Counted from the stretch's first letter, positions 41,716 to 50,895 are shown. The stretch: 64,000 nt of DNA from Acidimicrobiales bacterium (GCA_035540975.1 DATLFN010000152.1:1541-65540); one strand, 5' to 3'. Translations and numbers: made by a program. The notes: a model not told the origin generated them from the sequence alone.

Positions 41716-42683
41716 CCGCCGACCGGACCGCGCTGGAGCGCACCGAGGCCCGGCTGCGGGCGGCCTGCGAGGCGCGGGTGGCAGACGTGCCCGAGCCGGA
41801 CGCGGCGGCCGCCCACGAGGCCATCGAGCGACGGCTCTCCGCTGCCCGGAGGCGCCGGGCGCTCGGGCGGCTGGGCGGTGGCCTCCTCGCCGCCGCGGCC
41901 GCATTCGCCGCCGTCGTCGGGCTCGCCGGCGTCCTGGGCGACGACGGGCCCGAGCAGGTCCGCACCACCGACGTCCCCACGACCGGCGTCCCCACGACCA
42001 CGACGCTGCCGGCGACGACGACCGTGCCGCCCGACCTCGGTTCGCGGCCGGCGGACGCCATCTGGCCCCCGCCGAACCACGAGCAGTACACCGACCCCCA
42101 GGGCGCGGCGCGCTCGTTCGTCGAGGAGTTCGTCGGCTTCCCGGACCCGCCGCTGTCGGCCTTCCGCCCCACCTCCGGGCCCGAGGGCGAGGTCGACGTC
42201 CACCTGCTCGGCGAGGGCGGCGTCGTGCGGGACCGGGTCGCCAGCACCGTCCTCCTGCGCCTCGCCGCCGACGGCTGGCACGTCATCGGAGCGCGATCGC
42301 CCGACATCGAGGTCGAGGCGCCGCGGCCCCTCGACACCGTCGGCGGGATCTTCAACGCCGAGGGCAGGAGCCGGGGCTACGAGGGCACCATCTCCGTCGT
42401 GGTCGTCGAGGCCGGTGCCACGGCGCGCCGCCCGCTGGCCGAGGCCACCGGCATCGGCGGTGCGGGCGGCGAGTTGGAGCCCTTCCACCTCGATTTGGTG
42501 ATCGACCCCCGGCCGTCGCTGCCGGCCGGCGCACTGGTGTTCAGCACCGACACCGGATGCTCCGGGTGCAACACCGCCTTCGCCGTGGTGCCCGTCCGCC
42601 TGGGCACGGCGACCCTGGAGACGACGCCACCCGCCGCACCGAAGGGCGCCGCCGGGCTCCCGGGCCCGACGACTCCCCGCTGA
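41712..42683 (+). CDS. Single-pass membrane protein coupled to the ECF sigma (candidate anti-sigma/partner)
   Basis: ATG overlaps the sigma stop (ATGA). TM LGGGLLAAAAAFAAVVGLAGVL, a Thr/Pro linker, then an extracytoplasmic domain with FNAEGRSRGYEGTISVVVV (Gmad2-like, from memory). Confidence 0.6.
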   Translation: MTADRTALERTEARLRAACEARVADVPEPDAAAAHEAIERRLSAARRRRALGRLGGGLLAAAAAFAAVVGLAGVLGDDGPEQVRTTDVPTTGVPTTTTLPATTTVPPDLGSRPADAIWPPPNHEQYTDPQGAARSFVEEFVGFPDPPLSAFRPTSGPEGEVDVHLLGEGGVVRDRVASTVLLRLAADGWHVIGARSPDIEVEAPRPLDTVGGIFNAEGRSRGYEGTISVVVVEAGATARRPLAEATGIGGAGGELEPFHLDLVIDPRPSLPAGALVFSTDTGCSGCNTAFAVVPVRLGTATLETTPPAAPKGAAGLPGPTTPR

Positions 42684-42699
42684 CGGGGGGCGCCGAGGC

Positions 42700-44154
42700 T
42701 TGTCCCGAGTCGCCTCCGGTGCGAACCTGATCGCGACAGAGGGGGGTGACGTGAGCGGACGAGCGCAGGCCGGCACCGTCGACGAGGCCGCGGTTGAGGA
42801 GTTCCGCCGCACCTTCTCGGGCGAGGTCGTCCAACCCCTCGACGACGGCTACGACGAGCACCGGAAGGTCTGGAACGGCTCCATCGACCGCCGCCCCGGG
42901 GTGATCGCCCGGTGCCGCGGGGTGGCCGACGTGCGCGCCGCGGTGCGCTTCGGGCGCAGGCACGAGCTGCTGACCGCCGTGCGCGGGGGCGGTCACAGCT
43001 TCCCCGGCCTGTCGGTGTGCGACGCCGGGCTGGTCGTCGACCTGGCGCCCATGAAGGGCGTGCGGGTCGACCCCGCCGCCCGCACCGTGCGCGCCCAGGC
43101 CGGCGTGCTCCTCGGAGAGCTGGACCGGGAGACGCAGGCGTTCGGGATGGCGGTCCCCGCCGGCATCGTCACCCACACGGGCCTGGCCGGGCTCACCCTC
43201 GGAGGCGGCATCGGCTGGATCATGCGGAAGCACGGGCTGACCATCGACCAGCTCGTCTCGGTCGACGTGGTCACGGCGGACGGCGAGCTGGTCACGGCCA
43301 GCGAGCACCGCAACGCCGACCTGTTCTGGGGCGTCCGCGGAGGCGGGGGCAACTTCGGGGTCGTCACCGACTTCGAGTTCCGGCTGAACCCCCTCGGCCC
43401 CGACGTCATGGCCGGGCCGGTGTTCTGGCCGATGGAGGAGGCCCCCGAGGTCCTGCGCTTCTACCGGGACTGGATCGCCGACTGCCCCGACGAGCTCATG
43501 ACGATCGTCGTGCAGCGCCGGGCGCCGGCGCTCCCCGCCGTCCCGCCCGACCTGGTCGGCAAGCTCGTGATCGCCGTCGCCGCTTGCCACGCCGGGCCCG
43601 TGGAGGACGGCGAGCGGGTGATGCGTCCGCTCAAGGCGTTCGGCTCCCCCGTCCTCGACCTGTGCCGGCCCAAGCCGTTCCTCGCGCACCAGCAGATGTT
43701 CGATCCCTCGTTCCGCCACGGCTGGTGGTACTACGTCCGGTCCTGTGACGTGGCCGCGCTGACCGACGAGGTCATCGACGTGGTCGTCGACCACGGCCTG
43801 CGGATCACGTCGCCCATCTCGAGCATCGCCCTCTGGCAGATGGGCGGGGCGGTGGCCCGCGTCGGTGACGACGAGACGGCCTTCAACGGTCGCGGCGCCG
43901 GGTTCACCTTCAACATCAACGGCAACAGCCTGACCGGCGACGGCTTCGACGCCGAACGCCAGTGGGCTCGCGACTACTGGTCGGCCCTCCGGCCGTACCA
44001 CACGAGCGTCTACGTGAACTTCCTCATGGAGGAGGGCGAGGACCGCATCAGGCAGGCCTACGGTCCTGGGAAATACGACCGGCTCAAGGCCGTCAAGCGG
44101 GCCTACGACCCGACCAACTTCTTCCGGCTGAACCAGAACATCGCGCCGGACTGA
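42700..44154 (+). CDS. FAD-linked oxidase with BBE-like C-terminus
   Basis: RGGGHSFPG, GVLLGELD, GLTLGGGIGW and C-terminal YDPTNFFRLNQNI. Start uncertain (TTG 42700 or GTG 42751). Confidence 0.85.
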   Translation: MSRVASGANLIATEGGDVSGRAQAGTVDEAAVEEFRRTFSGEVVQPLDDGYDEHRKVWNGSIDRRPGVIARCRGVADVRAAVRFGRRHELLTAVRGGGHSFPGLSVCDAGLVVDLAPMKGVRVDPAARTVRAQAGVLLGELDRETQAFGMAVPAGIVTHTGLAGLTLGGGIGWIMRKHGLTIDQLVSVDVVTADGELVTASEHRNADLFWGVRGGGGNFGVVTDFEFRLNPLGPDVMAGPVFWPMEEAPEVLRFYRDWIADCPDELMTIVVQRRAPALPAVPPDLVGKLVIAVAACHAGPVEDGERVMRPLKAFGSPVLDLCRPKPFLAHQQMFDPSFRHGWWYYVRSCDVAALTDEVIDVVVDHGLRITSPISSIALWQMGGAVARVGDDETAFNGRGAGFTFNINGNSLTGDGFDAERQWARDYWSALRPYHTSVYVNFLMEEGEDRIRQAYGPGKYDRLKAVKRAYDPTNFFRLNQNIAPD

Positions 44155-44351
44155 ACGGCGTCCTCTCGCCTCGCGGGCCCGACGCACCCCGGCGCCCGCT
44201 GCCGCCGATCGGTGCGGCGACGCATGCGCTCGGCGGCCCTCAGTGCCCAGAGCCGCACGATGTGAACGAGCGCGAGGTTCGGGGCGGAAAGGATGGCCTC
44301 GCGCAGAAGGTACAGTTTTCGGGAATCACGACGGCGGAGGTCGCGCTCGAT

Positions 44352-45860
44352 ATGGCGGTAAGGTCGCAGTCGTCAGCGTCGCCCCCGGCCTCGGTCCGCC
44401 TGCTCCTTGCCGCCCTGCTGTCCCTCGCCGTCACCGTCGCGACGGCGACCGCCAGCTCCGCTCATCACGTCGCCGGCCACATCGGAGGACCGACGACGGC
44501 GCCACCGCCCACCACGGCCGCACCTCCACCGCCCACCACGGCCGCACCGCCGCCGCCCACCACGGCCGCACCTCCACCGCCGACGACGGCCGCACCGACC
44601 ACGACGGCGCCACCCCCGCCGATGACGGCGACCCCGGCGCAGACGACGACGGCGCAGGCTCCGACGGCGGCGGCACCGCAGACGGGGACGACCGCGGTGT
44701 CTCCCGTGACGACCGCTGCCCCGTCGGGCGCGGTCACTGCGTCGCCCGTGGGGACCGCGGGTACGGCGTCGCCGACCACCGGGACGCGGGCGGTGACGAC
44801 GGCGGGCGCCACCACGACACGTAGGACGACGCGCGCGAGCACCACCATCCCGCGGTTCGGTGGTTCCACGTCCTCGCAAGCCGCTCCTCGGCCCGTCCCC
44901 GTGGCGCCCGCGACGGGAACCGAGCCGGTCGAGGAAGCGGTCGTCGGGCCGACGACGGAGACCACCGAGGCCGCCGAGCCGGCGTCGCCGGGCGGGACCC
45001 TGACCATCGGGAGCCGCCCCCTCCGACTCGACCGGGTCGACCCCGCCACCGGAGGGGACGGGGGGATGGGAATGCCGTTCGCCGTCCTGCTCGTCGCCGC
45101 TCTCGTCGCCGGAGTGGCCGCCCTCGCCCTCGCCAACCACTTCGGGTGGCTCGCGTTGCCGTTGCTCGCCCCTTCGAGGTGGCGCCCGGCGACCGCGGCC
45201 GGAGCGGCGGCGCCCATTCCGCAACCGCCGGGCGACGACGTCCTCGCGGGCACGACGGCGGGCGCCGTCGCCGTCGACCCGCGCACGGAGCGCATGGCGG
45301 CAAGGCTCGTCGCCCTGCTGGCCCTGACGCAGCGCGCCCAGTTCGAGCGCCAGGGGCGGCCTCTCCCGACGACATGGGACGCCGTCGTCGACTGGGTTTC
45401 AGCTGCCGGCGCCGGCCCCGGCCTGGAGGCCCACGAGCAGGAGATCCTGCGTCGCCCCACCGGAGCGCTCGACGACGCCGAGGTGGCGATGGCCTCCTGG
45501 CAGGTCGAGGGCGCCGTCGTCGTCACGTGGGCGCTCGGGCTGCTCGACAGGCTGCCGCCGACCGACGAACCGGTGGACCCAGTGCTGATAAGCGGCGCCG
45601 TCGGCTTTCCGGACGGCGCCCGCACGCTCGAGGTCCTGGGATCGGCCCGTCCGCGGGCACGAGAAGAGATCGACGCCGAGGTCGTTCGCCACGAGCGGGT
45701 CCTCTGGAGCCTCCAGGAGCGCAGCGGTGCCGGGAGGCTCACGGAGGCCGAGGGTTCCGAGGCGGTCGACGTCAGCCTCGCCATCACGACCCAACGCCTC
45801 CGCGCCCTCTACTGGTTGCAGGACACCGCCGGCCGCCCGGCGGTGGGGATCGGCGGCTGA
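44352..45860 (+). CDS. Secreted/membrane Pro-Thr-repeat protein with a C-terminal globular domain (possibly DUF4272-like)
   Basis: Signal peptide LLLAALLSLAVTVATATASSA, (PPPPTTAA)x4, a long T/A/P-rich region, TM FAVLLVAALVAGVAALALA, then a roughly 190-aa domain ...WQVEGAVVVTWALGLLD... In-frame ATG 44352. Confidence 0.6.
   Translation: MAVRSQSSASPPASVRLLLAALLSLAVTVATATASSAHHVAGHIGGPTTAPPPTTAAPPPPTTAAPPPPTTAAPPPPTTAAPTTTAPPPPMTATPAQTTTAQAPTAAAPQTGTTAVSPVTTAAPSGAVTASPVGTAGTASPTTGTRAVTTAGATTTRRTTRASTTIPRFGGSTSSQAAPRPVPVAPATGTEPVEEAVVGPTTETTEAAEPASPGGTLTIGSRPLRLDRVDPATGGDGGMGMPFAVLLVAALVAGVAALALANHFGWLALPLLAPSRWRPATAAGAAAPIPQPPGDDVLAGTTAGAVAVDPRTERMAARLVALLALTQRAQFERQGRPLPTTWDAVVDWVSAAGAGPGLEAHEQEILRRPTGALDDAEVAMASWQVEGAVVVTWALGLLDRLPPTDEPVDPVLISGAVGFPDGARTLEVLGSARPRAREEIDAEVVRHERVLWSLQERSGAGRLTEAEGSEAVDVSLAITTQRLRALYWLQDTAGRPAVGIGG
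44497..44600 (+). repeat. About four tandem copies of a 24-nt unit encoding PPPPTTAA
   Basis: Near-identical ccgcccaccacggccgcacctcca units are visible in the sequence inside the CDS above. Confidence 0.8.
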
Positions 45861-45891
45861 CGCTCCGGCCACCGCCGCGGCGCGACGGTCG

Positions 45892-46848
45892 TCATCGCGG
45901 TCCCTCCTCGTAGATCCGCCGCACGATGTCCTCGATCGGGGTCTCCTCGACCGAGATGTCGCGGACCGGGGCCTGAGCCGCCACGCGGGCGAGGACGTCG
46001 GCTGCCGTCCGGTCCGGCGAGAACCGCAGCCACTGTCGCGGTCCGTCGGTGCGGACGACATGGGCTCCGGGCACCTCCAGTGGCGGGTGGGGTTCCTCGA
46101 GGTCGACCACGAGCACCCGCTCGCCCCCGTAGCGCTGCTTGATGCCGGCCACGGTGGTGTCCTCGAGGAGGCGGCCGTGGTCGATGATCAGCAGGCGGGT
46201 GCAGAGGCGCTCCACGTCGACCAGGTCGTGCGTGGTCAGCAGGACGGTCATCCCCCGCTCGCGGTTGAGGGCGACGAGGAAGCTCCGCACCGCTTCCTTC
46301 GAGACGACGTCGAGGCCGATCGTCGGCTCGTCGAGGAACAGGATCTCCGGGTCGTGGAGCAGCGCGGCGGCCAGCTCGCCCCGCATCCGCTGCCCGAGCG
46401 ACAGTTGACGCACCGGGGTGTCGAGGAACCCGGCGAGGTCGAGGAGGTCCACGAAGGCGTCGACGTTCGTCCGGTGGCGGTCGGCGTGGACGCCGTAGAC
46501 GTGGCGGAGGAGATCGAACGAGTCACGCAGCGGCAGGTCCCACCACAGCTGCGTGCGCTGCCCGAAGACCACGCCGATGCGGCGGACGACGTCGGTCCGG
46601 GAGCCTGTCGGGTCCGCCCCGACCACCGCCACGCGGCCGGCCGTGGGGACCAGGACGCCCGTGCAGAGCTTCACCGTGGTGGACTTCCCGGCGCCGTTGG
46701 GCCCGATGTAGCCGACCATCTCGCCCGCCTCGATCGACAGCGAGACCTCGTCCACGGCGCGGACGACCGACCGCTCGCGGCGGAACCGCCCCGCCCGCCG
46801 GGCGACGGTGAACTCCTTGACCACCCCGTCCAGCGCGACGACGGCCAC
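45892..46848 (-). CDS. ABC transporter ATP-binding protein
   Basis: Walker A GPNGAGKST, signature LSLGQRMR and Walker B ILFLDEPT. Confidence 0.92.
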   Translation of the reverse strand: MAVVALDGVVKEFTVARRAGRFRRERSVVRAVDEVSLSIEAGEMVGYIGPNGAGKSTTVKLCTGVLVPTAGRVAVVGADPTGSRTDVVRRIGVVFGQRTQLWWDLPLRDSFDLLRHVYGVHADRHRTNVDAFVDLLDLAGFLDTPVRQLSLGQRMRGELAAALLHDPEILFLDEPTIGLDVVSKEAVRSFLVALNRERGMTVLLTTHDLVDVERLCTRLLIIDHGRLLEDTTVAGIKQRYGGERVLVVDLEEPHPPLEVPGAHVVRTDGPRQWLRFSPDRTAADVLARVAAQAPVRDISVEETPIEDIVRRIYEEGPR

Positions 46849-46849
46849 G

Positions 46850-47686
46850 TCAGCTCCCCGTGCTCCGGTAGTGGCGTACGGCGTTCGACCACACGGCGCG
46901 GGCGGCCAGCGCCAGGGCGAGCGACACCGCGGGCGTGAGCAGGGCGGCCTCCGACGGGGCGCCCAGCGGATCGGGCTTGTCGAGCAGGTAGGCGGCGGGG
47001 AAGTAGGCGACGAACGCCAGGGGCACGACGAAGGTGACCAGTCGTCGGAGCCAGGGCCCGAGCACGTCGATGGGGTACTGGGTCAGGTGGTTCCCGCCGT
47101 AGGTGAAGGCGTTGCCGAACTCCTGCGTCTCCACCGTCCAGAACGCCACGGACGACGTGAGCACCCACACCGCCCCGAACACCACGGTTCCGGAGGCGAG
47201 CGCCACGGGCACCATGGCGACACGGTCCGGCGTCCAGTCGATGTCCGTGCCGGCCAGCGCGACGGCGAGCACCACGCCCGGTTGCACGACCCGTCCCGCC
47301 CGCCGCAGCGCGAACTCGCCGGCCGACAGCTGGAGCAGCGGCGACAGCGGGCGCAGGAGGAACCGGTCGAACGTGCCCGCTTTGATGTGGCGGCCGGCCA
47401 GCTCCGCCTGGCTGGCGAACACGTCGGCCACGGCGAAGGCGACGCCGCCGAGCCCGTAGAGGAGCGCGACCTCGAGGGCCGTCCACCCGGCCAACGCGTC
47501 GACACGGCCGAACAGGACCGCGATCACCGCCAGGTCGAGGCCGGCGACCAGGACCTGGCTCACCAACAGGAGCACGAACGAGGCCCGGTACTGCCAGTCG
47601 GACCGGATCCGTGCCCCCACCAGCCGGCGGTAGACGCCGAGCTCGCCTCGCCACCCGTGGCTGCCGGTCCTGTCGGGGTCAGCCAC
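46850..47686 (-). CDS. ABC-2 type transporter permease
   Basis: Six predicted hydrophobic helices, adjacent to the ATPase; YRASFVLLLVSQVLVAG N-terminal pattern. Confidence 0.75.
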   Translation of the reverse strand: MADPDRTGSHGWRGELGVYRRLVGARIRSDWQYRASFVLLLVSQVLVAGLDLAVIAVLFGRVDALAGWTALEVALLYGLGGVAFAVADVFASQAELAGRHIKAGTFDRFLLRPLSPLLQLSAGEFALRRAGRVVQPGVVLAVALAGTDIDWTPDRVAMVPVALASGTVVFGAVWVLTSSVAFWTVETQEFGNAFTYGGNHLTQYPIDVLGPWLRRLVTFVVPLAFVAYFPAAYLLDKPDPLGAPSEAALLTPAVSLALALAARAVWSNAVRHYRSTGS

Positions 47687-48467
47687 CGTGGACGACCACC
47701 CTGCGCACGGCGCGCGACAGGACGGAACGCCCGGCTCCGGCGAGCACCAGCGCCCAGGCGCACTGGACGGCGACGACCCGGTGCACGTCGGCGCCGCGGT
47801 GCTTGCCGAGGAAGACCTCGACCGGCACCTGCAGCATGGACGCGAACGGCAGGGCCCGGGCCAGCGACTCCAGCCAGCCCGGGAAGAACACCACGGGGAC
47901 GAAGAGACCGCTCATGAAGACGGCGACCAGCAGGCCCAGGCTCGACGCGCCCCGGTCGTCGAGCAGCCAGAAGGCGCTCAAGGCCAGGAGGAACCGCCAC
48001 CCGAAGGCGACGGCCACGGCGGCGAGGACGCTGGCGACGAACCATGGCCACGCCCCGGCGGGCGGCATCCGCACCTCGAACACGGCGACGCCGATCAGGA
48101 ACGGGGGGATGCCGCGGAACAGGGCGTAGAAGCCCGCCTTGCCGTAGGCGACCGCTGCCCACCAAAGCTGGAGGTCGACGGGCCGGAACAGGTCGGCCAC
48201 CACGTCGCCGGTGCGGATCCGCTCGGCCATCTCCGAGTCGCCGAACAACCCCACGACCATGATGAGCGCCTGGGCCACGAAGGTGAAGGTGACGGCATCG
48301 ACGACGTCGAACCCGCCCACCTCGTCCCGCTCCCGGTACACGGCCAGCAGCACGTACACCAGAAGGAAGCCGAAGACCGTGTTCGTGAAGACGCCGGCGG
48401 CCGTGGCGCCGCGGTAGGCGGTCATGCGGCGGAAGGTCTGCCGGACAATCGCCGCGACAACTCGCAC
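47679..48467 (-). CDS. ABC-2 type transporter permease (second subunit)
   Basis: Multi-helix protein. GTG 48467 (VRVVAAIVRQTFRRMTAYRG) follows GGAAGG. Overlaps the next permease by 8 nt. The 48755 start is an extension. Confidence 0.7.
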   Translation of the reverse strand: MRVVAAIVRQTFRRMTAYRGATAAGVFTNTVFGFLLVYVLLAVYRERDEVGGFDVVDAVTFTFVAQALIMVVGLFGDSEMAERIRTGDVVADLFRPVDLQLWWAAVAYGKAGFYALFRGIPPFLIGVAVFEVRMPPAGAWPWFVASVLAAVAVAFGWRFLLALSAFWLLDDRGASSLGLLVAVFMSGLFVPVVFFPGWLESLARALPFASMLQVPVEVFLGKHRGADVHRVVAVQCAWALVLAGAGRSVLSRAVRRVVVHGG

Positions 48468-48573
48468 CGCATCGCCTTCCCGAGCGCGCCGGCCGCGCCC
48501 CCGCTCGACCCGAGCGAGAGAACGTAGCGCCCAACGCAGCGTCGGCGCGAGTCCCACGATGGGGCCGGCGTTG

Positions 48574-48620
48574 TTCGTGCGGCAAGAATGAGCGAATATC
48601 GCCCGTTCTTGCCGCACGAA
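48574..48620. promoter_or_regulatory. Perfect 15-bp inverted repeat with a 17-nt spacer upstream of the ABC operon
   Basis: TTCGTGCGGCAAGAA-N17-TTCTTGCCGCACGAA, 107-153 nt upstream of the first permease start. No U-tract. Confidence 0.5.
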
Positions 48621-48784
48621 ACGGACGGGCGGCGCGACCCCGTCTGACGCCAACGGCACGTCGATTGATGCTGGGTCGCGGCGAGCGCCGGATCCTCTCG
48701 GTCCGGCGCTCAGGCGGTAGGAGCGCCAGGCGCCGCTGGAGAGCGCAGCGAACATGCTGGGCGTTGCGTCGCCCTGCGGAGGCC

Positions 48785-48817
48785 GTCAGATCAGGGTCAG
48801 ATCAGATCAGATCAGAC
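48785..48817. repeat. Pentanucleotide microsatellite (CAGAT/GATCA)n
   Basis: gtcagatcagg gtcagatcagatcagatcagac; several GATC sites; intergenic. Confidence 0.8.
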
Positions 48818-48845
48818 CGGGTGGGACCGTCAGAGGACCCGTCTC

Positions 48846-49144
48846 TCACCGGTCAAGCAAGAAGGTCGTCTCGGCACCGGCGAAAGGCTGATGGAACCGA
48901 CCACCCGGGACGACATACACATCACCCGGAGCGAGGACGACGTCGCCCTCGTCCATCCTGATGGTGAGGGTTCCCGACAGCACGAGAAGGAACTCGTCAG
49001 TCTCAGGGTGGCTGTGCCGCGTGAACTCGCCCCGGGCCTTTACCACTCTCGCGTCGTAGTCGTCGACAACCGCGATCGTCCTAGAGGCGACCAGTGCTCG
49101 GTCAGAGCGGCCAGCACATCGTGAACGTTGCGCGAGATCGTCAC
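48846..49144 (-). pseudogene. Cupin-domain gene with a 1-nt frameshift
   Basis: (V)TISRNVHDVLAALTEHWSP lies in one frame. RTIAVVDDYDARVVKARGEFTRHSHPETDEFLLVLSGTLTIRMDEGDVVLAPGDVYVVPGGRFHQP lies in another. The junction is at about 49080-49090. Confidence 0.6.
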
Positions 49145-49214
49145 AGAGGTCAGCGTCGCACAGCCTGCTGCCCCAGCGCCGTCGCAAGAGACTTGGCCCG
49201 TCGCAACATGCTGA

Positions 49215-49520
49215 ACCGGGCACAGCCAAAGTCGAGACGGCGCAGCGACGCAGCAACCTCCACCAGCGGGCCTGGCTGTTGACCGCCGAGGCGGCCGGGC
49301 GCGCCGGCATGCGGTTCCACGACCTCCGCCACACCGCGGCCGCCCGTTGTCCGCGTACCGGGGCCACGACCAAGGAGCTGAGCCCCGCCTCGGCCACGCC
49401 AGCCCCAGGCGTCGATGATTACCAGCACGCCGCCCACGACCGCGACCGGCGGATCGCCGAGGGCCTCGACGCCATGGCAGCAGAGGCCGGTCTCTCACCG
49501 CCAGAACCCGCCAGTCATCA
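49215..49520 (+). pseudogene. 3' fragment of a tyrosine-recombinase gene, related to the intact int at 58463..59599
   Basis: ...NLHQRAWLLTAEAAGRAGMRFHDLRHTAA...RTGATTKEL...YQHAAHDRDRRIAEGLDAMAAEAGLSPPEP aligns with the last ~90 aa of the intact integrase. Several indels are present and there is no N-terminal two-thirds. Limits are approximate. Confidence 0.7.
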
Positions 49521-49630
49521 GACCCCGTCGATGAGCGTACCGGCGACGCCCGCGGTCGTGGGCGTTCGAGGCGCCGGTGACCGGGGCCGGTACAAGGCAA
49601 AGAGTGGACGCGCCTTGTAACCTTCAATGT

Positions 49631-49873
49631 ATGGAATCTTCCGGCGACCTCCGCGTCTCCTCCCGTGGGCAGATGAGCCTCCCGGCCGCCGCCCGAACTC
49701 GATGGGAGCTGACCGACGGCGGCGAGGTCGGCTATGTGGACCTGGGCGACGCACTGCTGCTCGTGCCCGGTGGGGTTGAGGCCCTTCGACGTCGCGTGCT
49801 CAACGCCGTGACCGACGCGGACTGGGAGGCGGCGGCATCGGGGTTCGGCGATCCCGACCTCGCCAACGAGTGA
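49631..49873 (+). CDS. AbrB/SpoVT-type antitoxin-like protein
   Basis: LRVSSRGQMSLPAAARTRWELTDGGEVGYVDLGDALLLVP fits the SpoVT-AbrB swapped-hairpin pattern. Overlaps the next gene by GTGA. Confidence 0.6.
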   Translation: MESSGDLRVSSRGQMSLPAAARTRWELTDGGEVGYVDLGDALLLVPGGVEALRRRVLNAVTDADWEAAASGFGDPDLANE

Positions 49874-50295
49874 CCGTCGCCCTCATCGACGACCAGGCGC
49901 TCGGCGCCGTCCTCCGCGGCGAGTTGCCGGCCCCGCTCGGCCGTCGGCCCCTCGCCACCACTGGCTGCTGGTACGTGCGGCTGTGCCAGGCCGTGCTCTC
50001 TGCGACCGAACGTCCGGGCGTGCTGTCGCGGCCGTTCGAAGAGCTTCCGGAGGCGCACCGGCGCCAGGCGGTCGACGCCTTGGTCGAGCTCCCCGTCCAG
50101 ATCGAGCTCGTCAGCCTGCGGCACCTCGGCCCGGCCATCGGCCGGCTGCGCCAGCGGCACTCGCTGAACCTGCTCGCCGGTGAGGCGGTTGCCGCCGCCA
50201 AACATCTGGGGGCCGACGTCTTCCTGTCCACCCCGTCGCCGATGCTGGAGCAGGCCCTCGCCATCGAGGGACGCACATGGGCCCGGCTGCTGTGA
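49870..50295 (+). CDS. Putative toxin partner (weak PIN-like features)
   Basis: 141 aa with N-terminal VALIDDQALGAVL (PIN-like first acidic residue). The distal acidic residues are unclear. Coupled to the AbrB-like gene. Confidence 0.4.
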   Translation: MTVALIDDQALGAVLRGELPAPLGRRPLATTGCWYVRLCQAVLSATERPGVLSRPFEELPEAHRRQAVDALVELPVQIELVSLRHLGPAIGRLRQRHSLNLLAGEAVAAAKHLGADVFLSTPSPMLEQALAIEGRTWARLL

Positions 50296-50455
50296 CAGTG
50301 CGGCCGGTCACCGGGCCCCGACGGCGGTCGACTCCTCAGTCCCGGATGGGCTCGTCTCGAATGATGACCAGCGAGGACCCGCACGTGGCCGCAAAGCGCC
50401 ACGACGCACTCGGGAGATGTGGCACGACGGGGCTCTCGCTGTGGGCCACCGTGAG

Positions 50456-50532
50456 CCCCGCAACCCCGCTGACCTGCGGTTTTGTGGTGGTCGGGACCGG
50501 CGTCGATCCGGTGACCTCGCGCTTTTCAGGCG
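50456..50532. repeat. Distal att site: copy of the 3' 48 nt of tRNA-Phe plus 29 nt of flank
   Basis: 76/77 identity with 60456-60532 (single a/c difference at 50463 vs 60463). Confidence 0.9.
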
Positions 50533-50647
50533 GGCTGGGGCCGGTTTGGGCCAGTTGGCTCACCAGCGATTTCGGCGCGAAGTGGCAGGTCAGAACCCAT
50601 TTCTGGCGTTTGGCGAGTGACCTCCACGAACCGTGATTTGCCGCTCT

Positions 50648-50677
50648 GTGCCAGTGCTTCTGGCACGGATCTGGCAC
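50648..50677. repeat. CTGGCAC(G) motif cluster inside the distal arm of the element
   Basis: GTGCCAG (inverted) at 50648-50654, then CTGGCAC at 50660-50666 and 50671-50677. Confidence 0.6.
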
Positions 50678-50895
50678 GAAATAGACACGCGACTACCGGA
50701 TCGCCGAGTCGGCCCGACCTGCTGGCCACCGCACCGAACGTCGGCCAGTGGGATTCGGCGCGCGCCGTCGAGCGCGGCGGCGCTCACGACGACCAGATCG
50801 GCGCACACCGCTACTTCGGCCCGTCGGCGTTGAGGCACGGGAGAACGGCACGTCGGTGCGGCGTGGGAATGGAGCGCTGAGATCTCTGGAGCACG

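Larger units (their letters stand above)
49215..50455. mobile_element. Decayed remnant of an earlier tRNA-Phe-targeting element (int fragment + TA module + arm homology)
   Basis: It has the same order (int - TA - arm - att copy) as the intact element end at 58463-60532. 50420-50455 is roughly 65-70 percent identical to 60421-60455. Confidence 0.45.
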
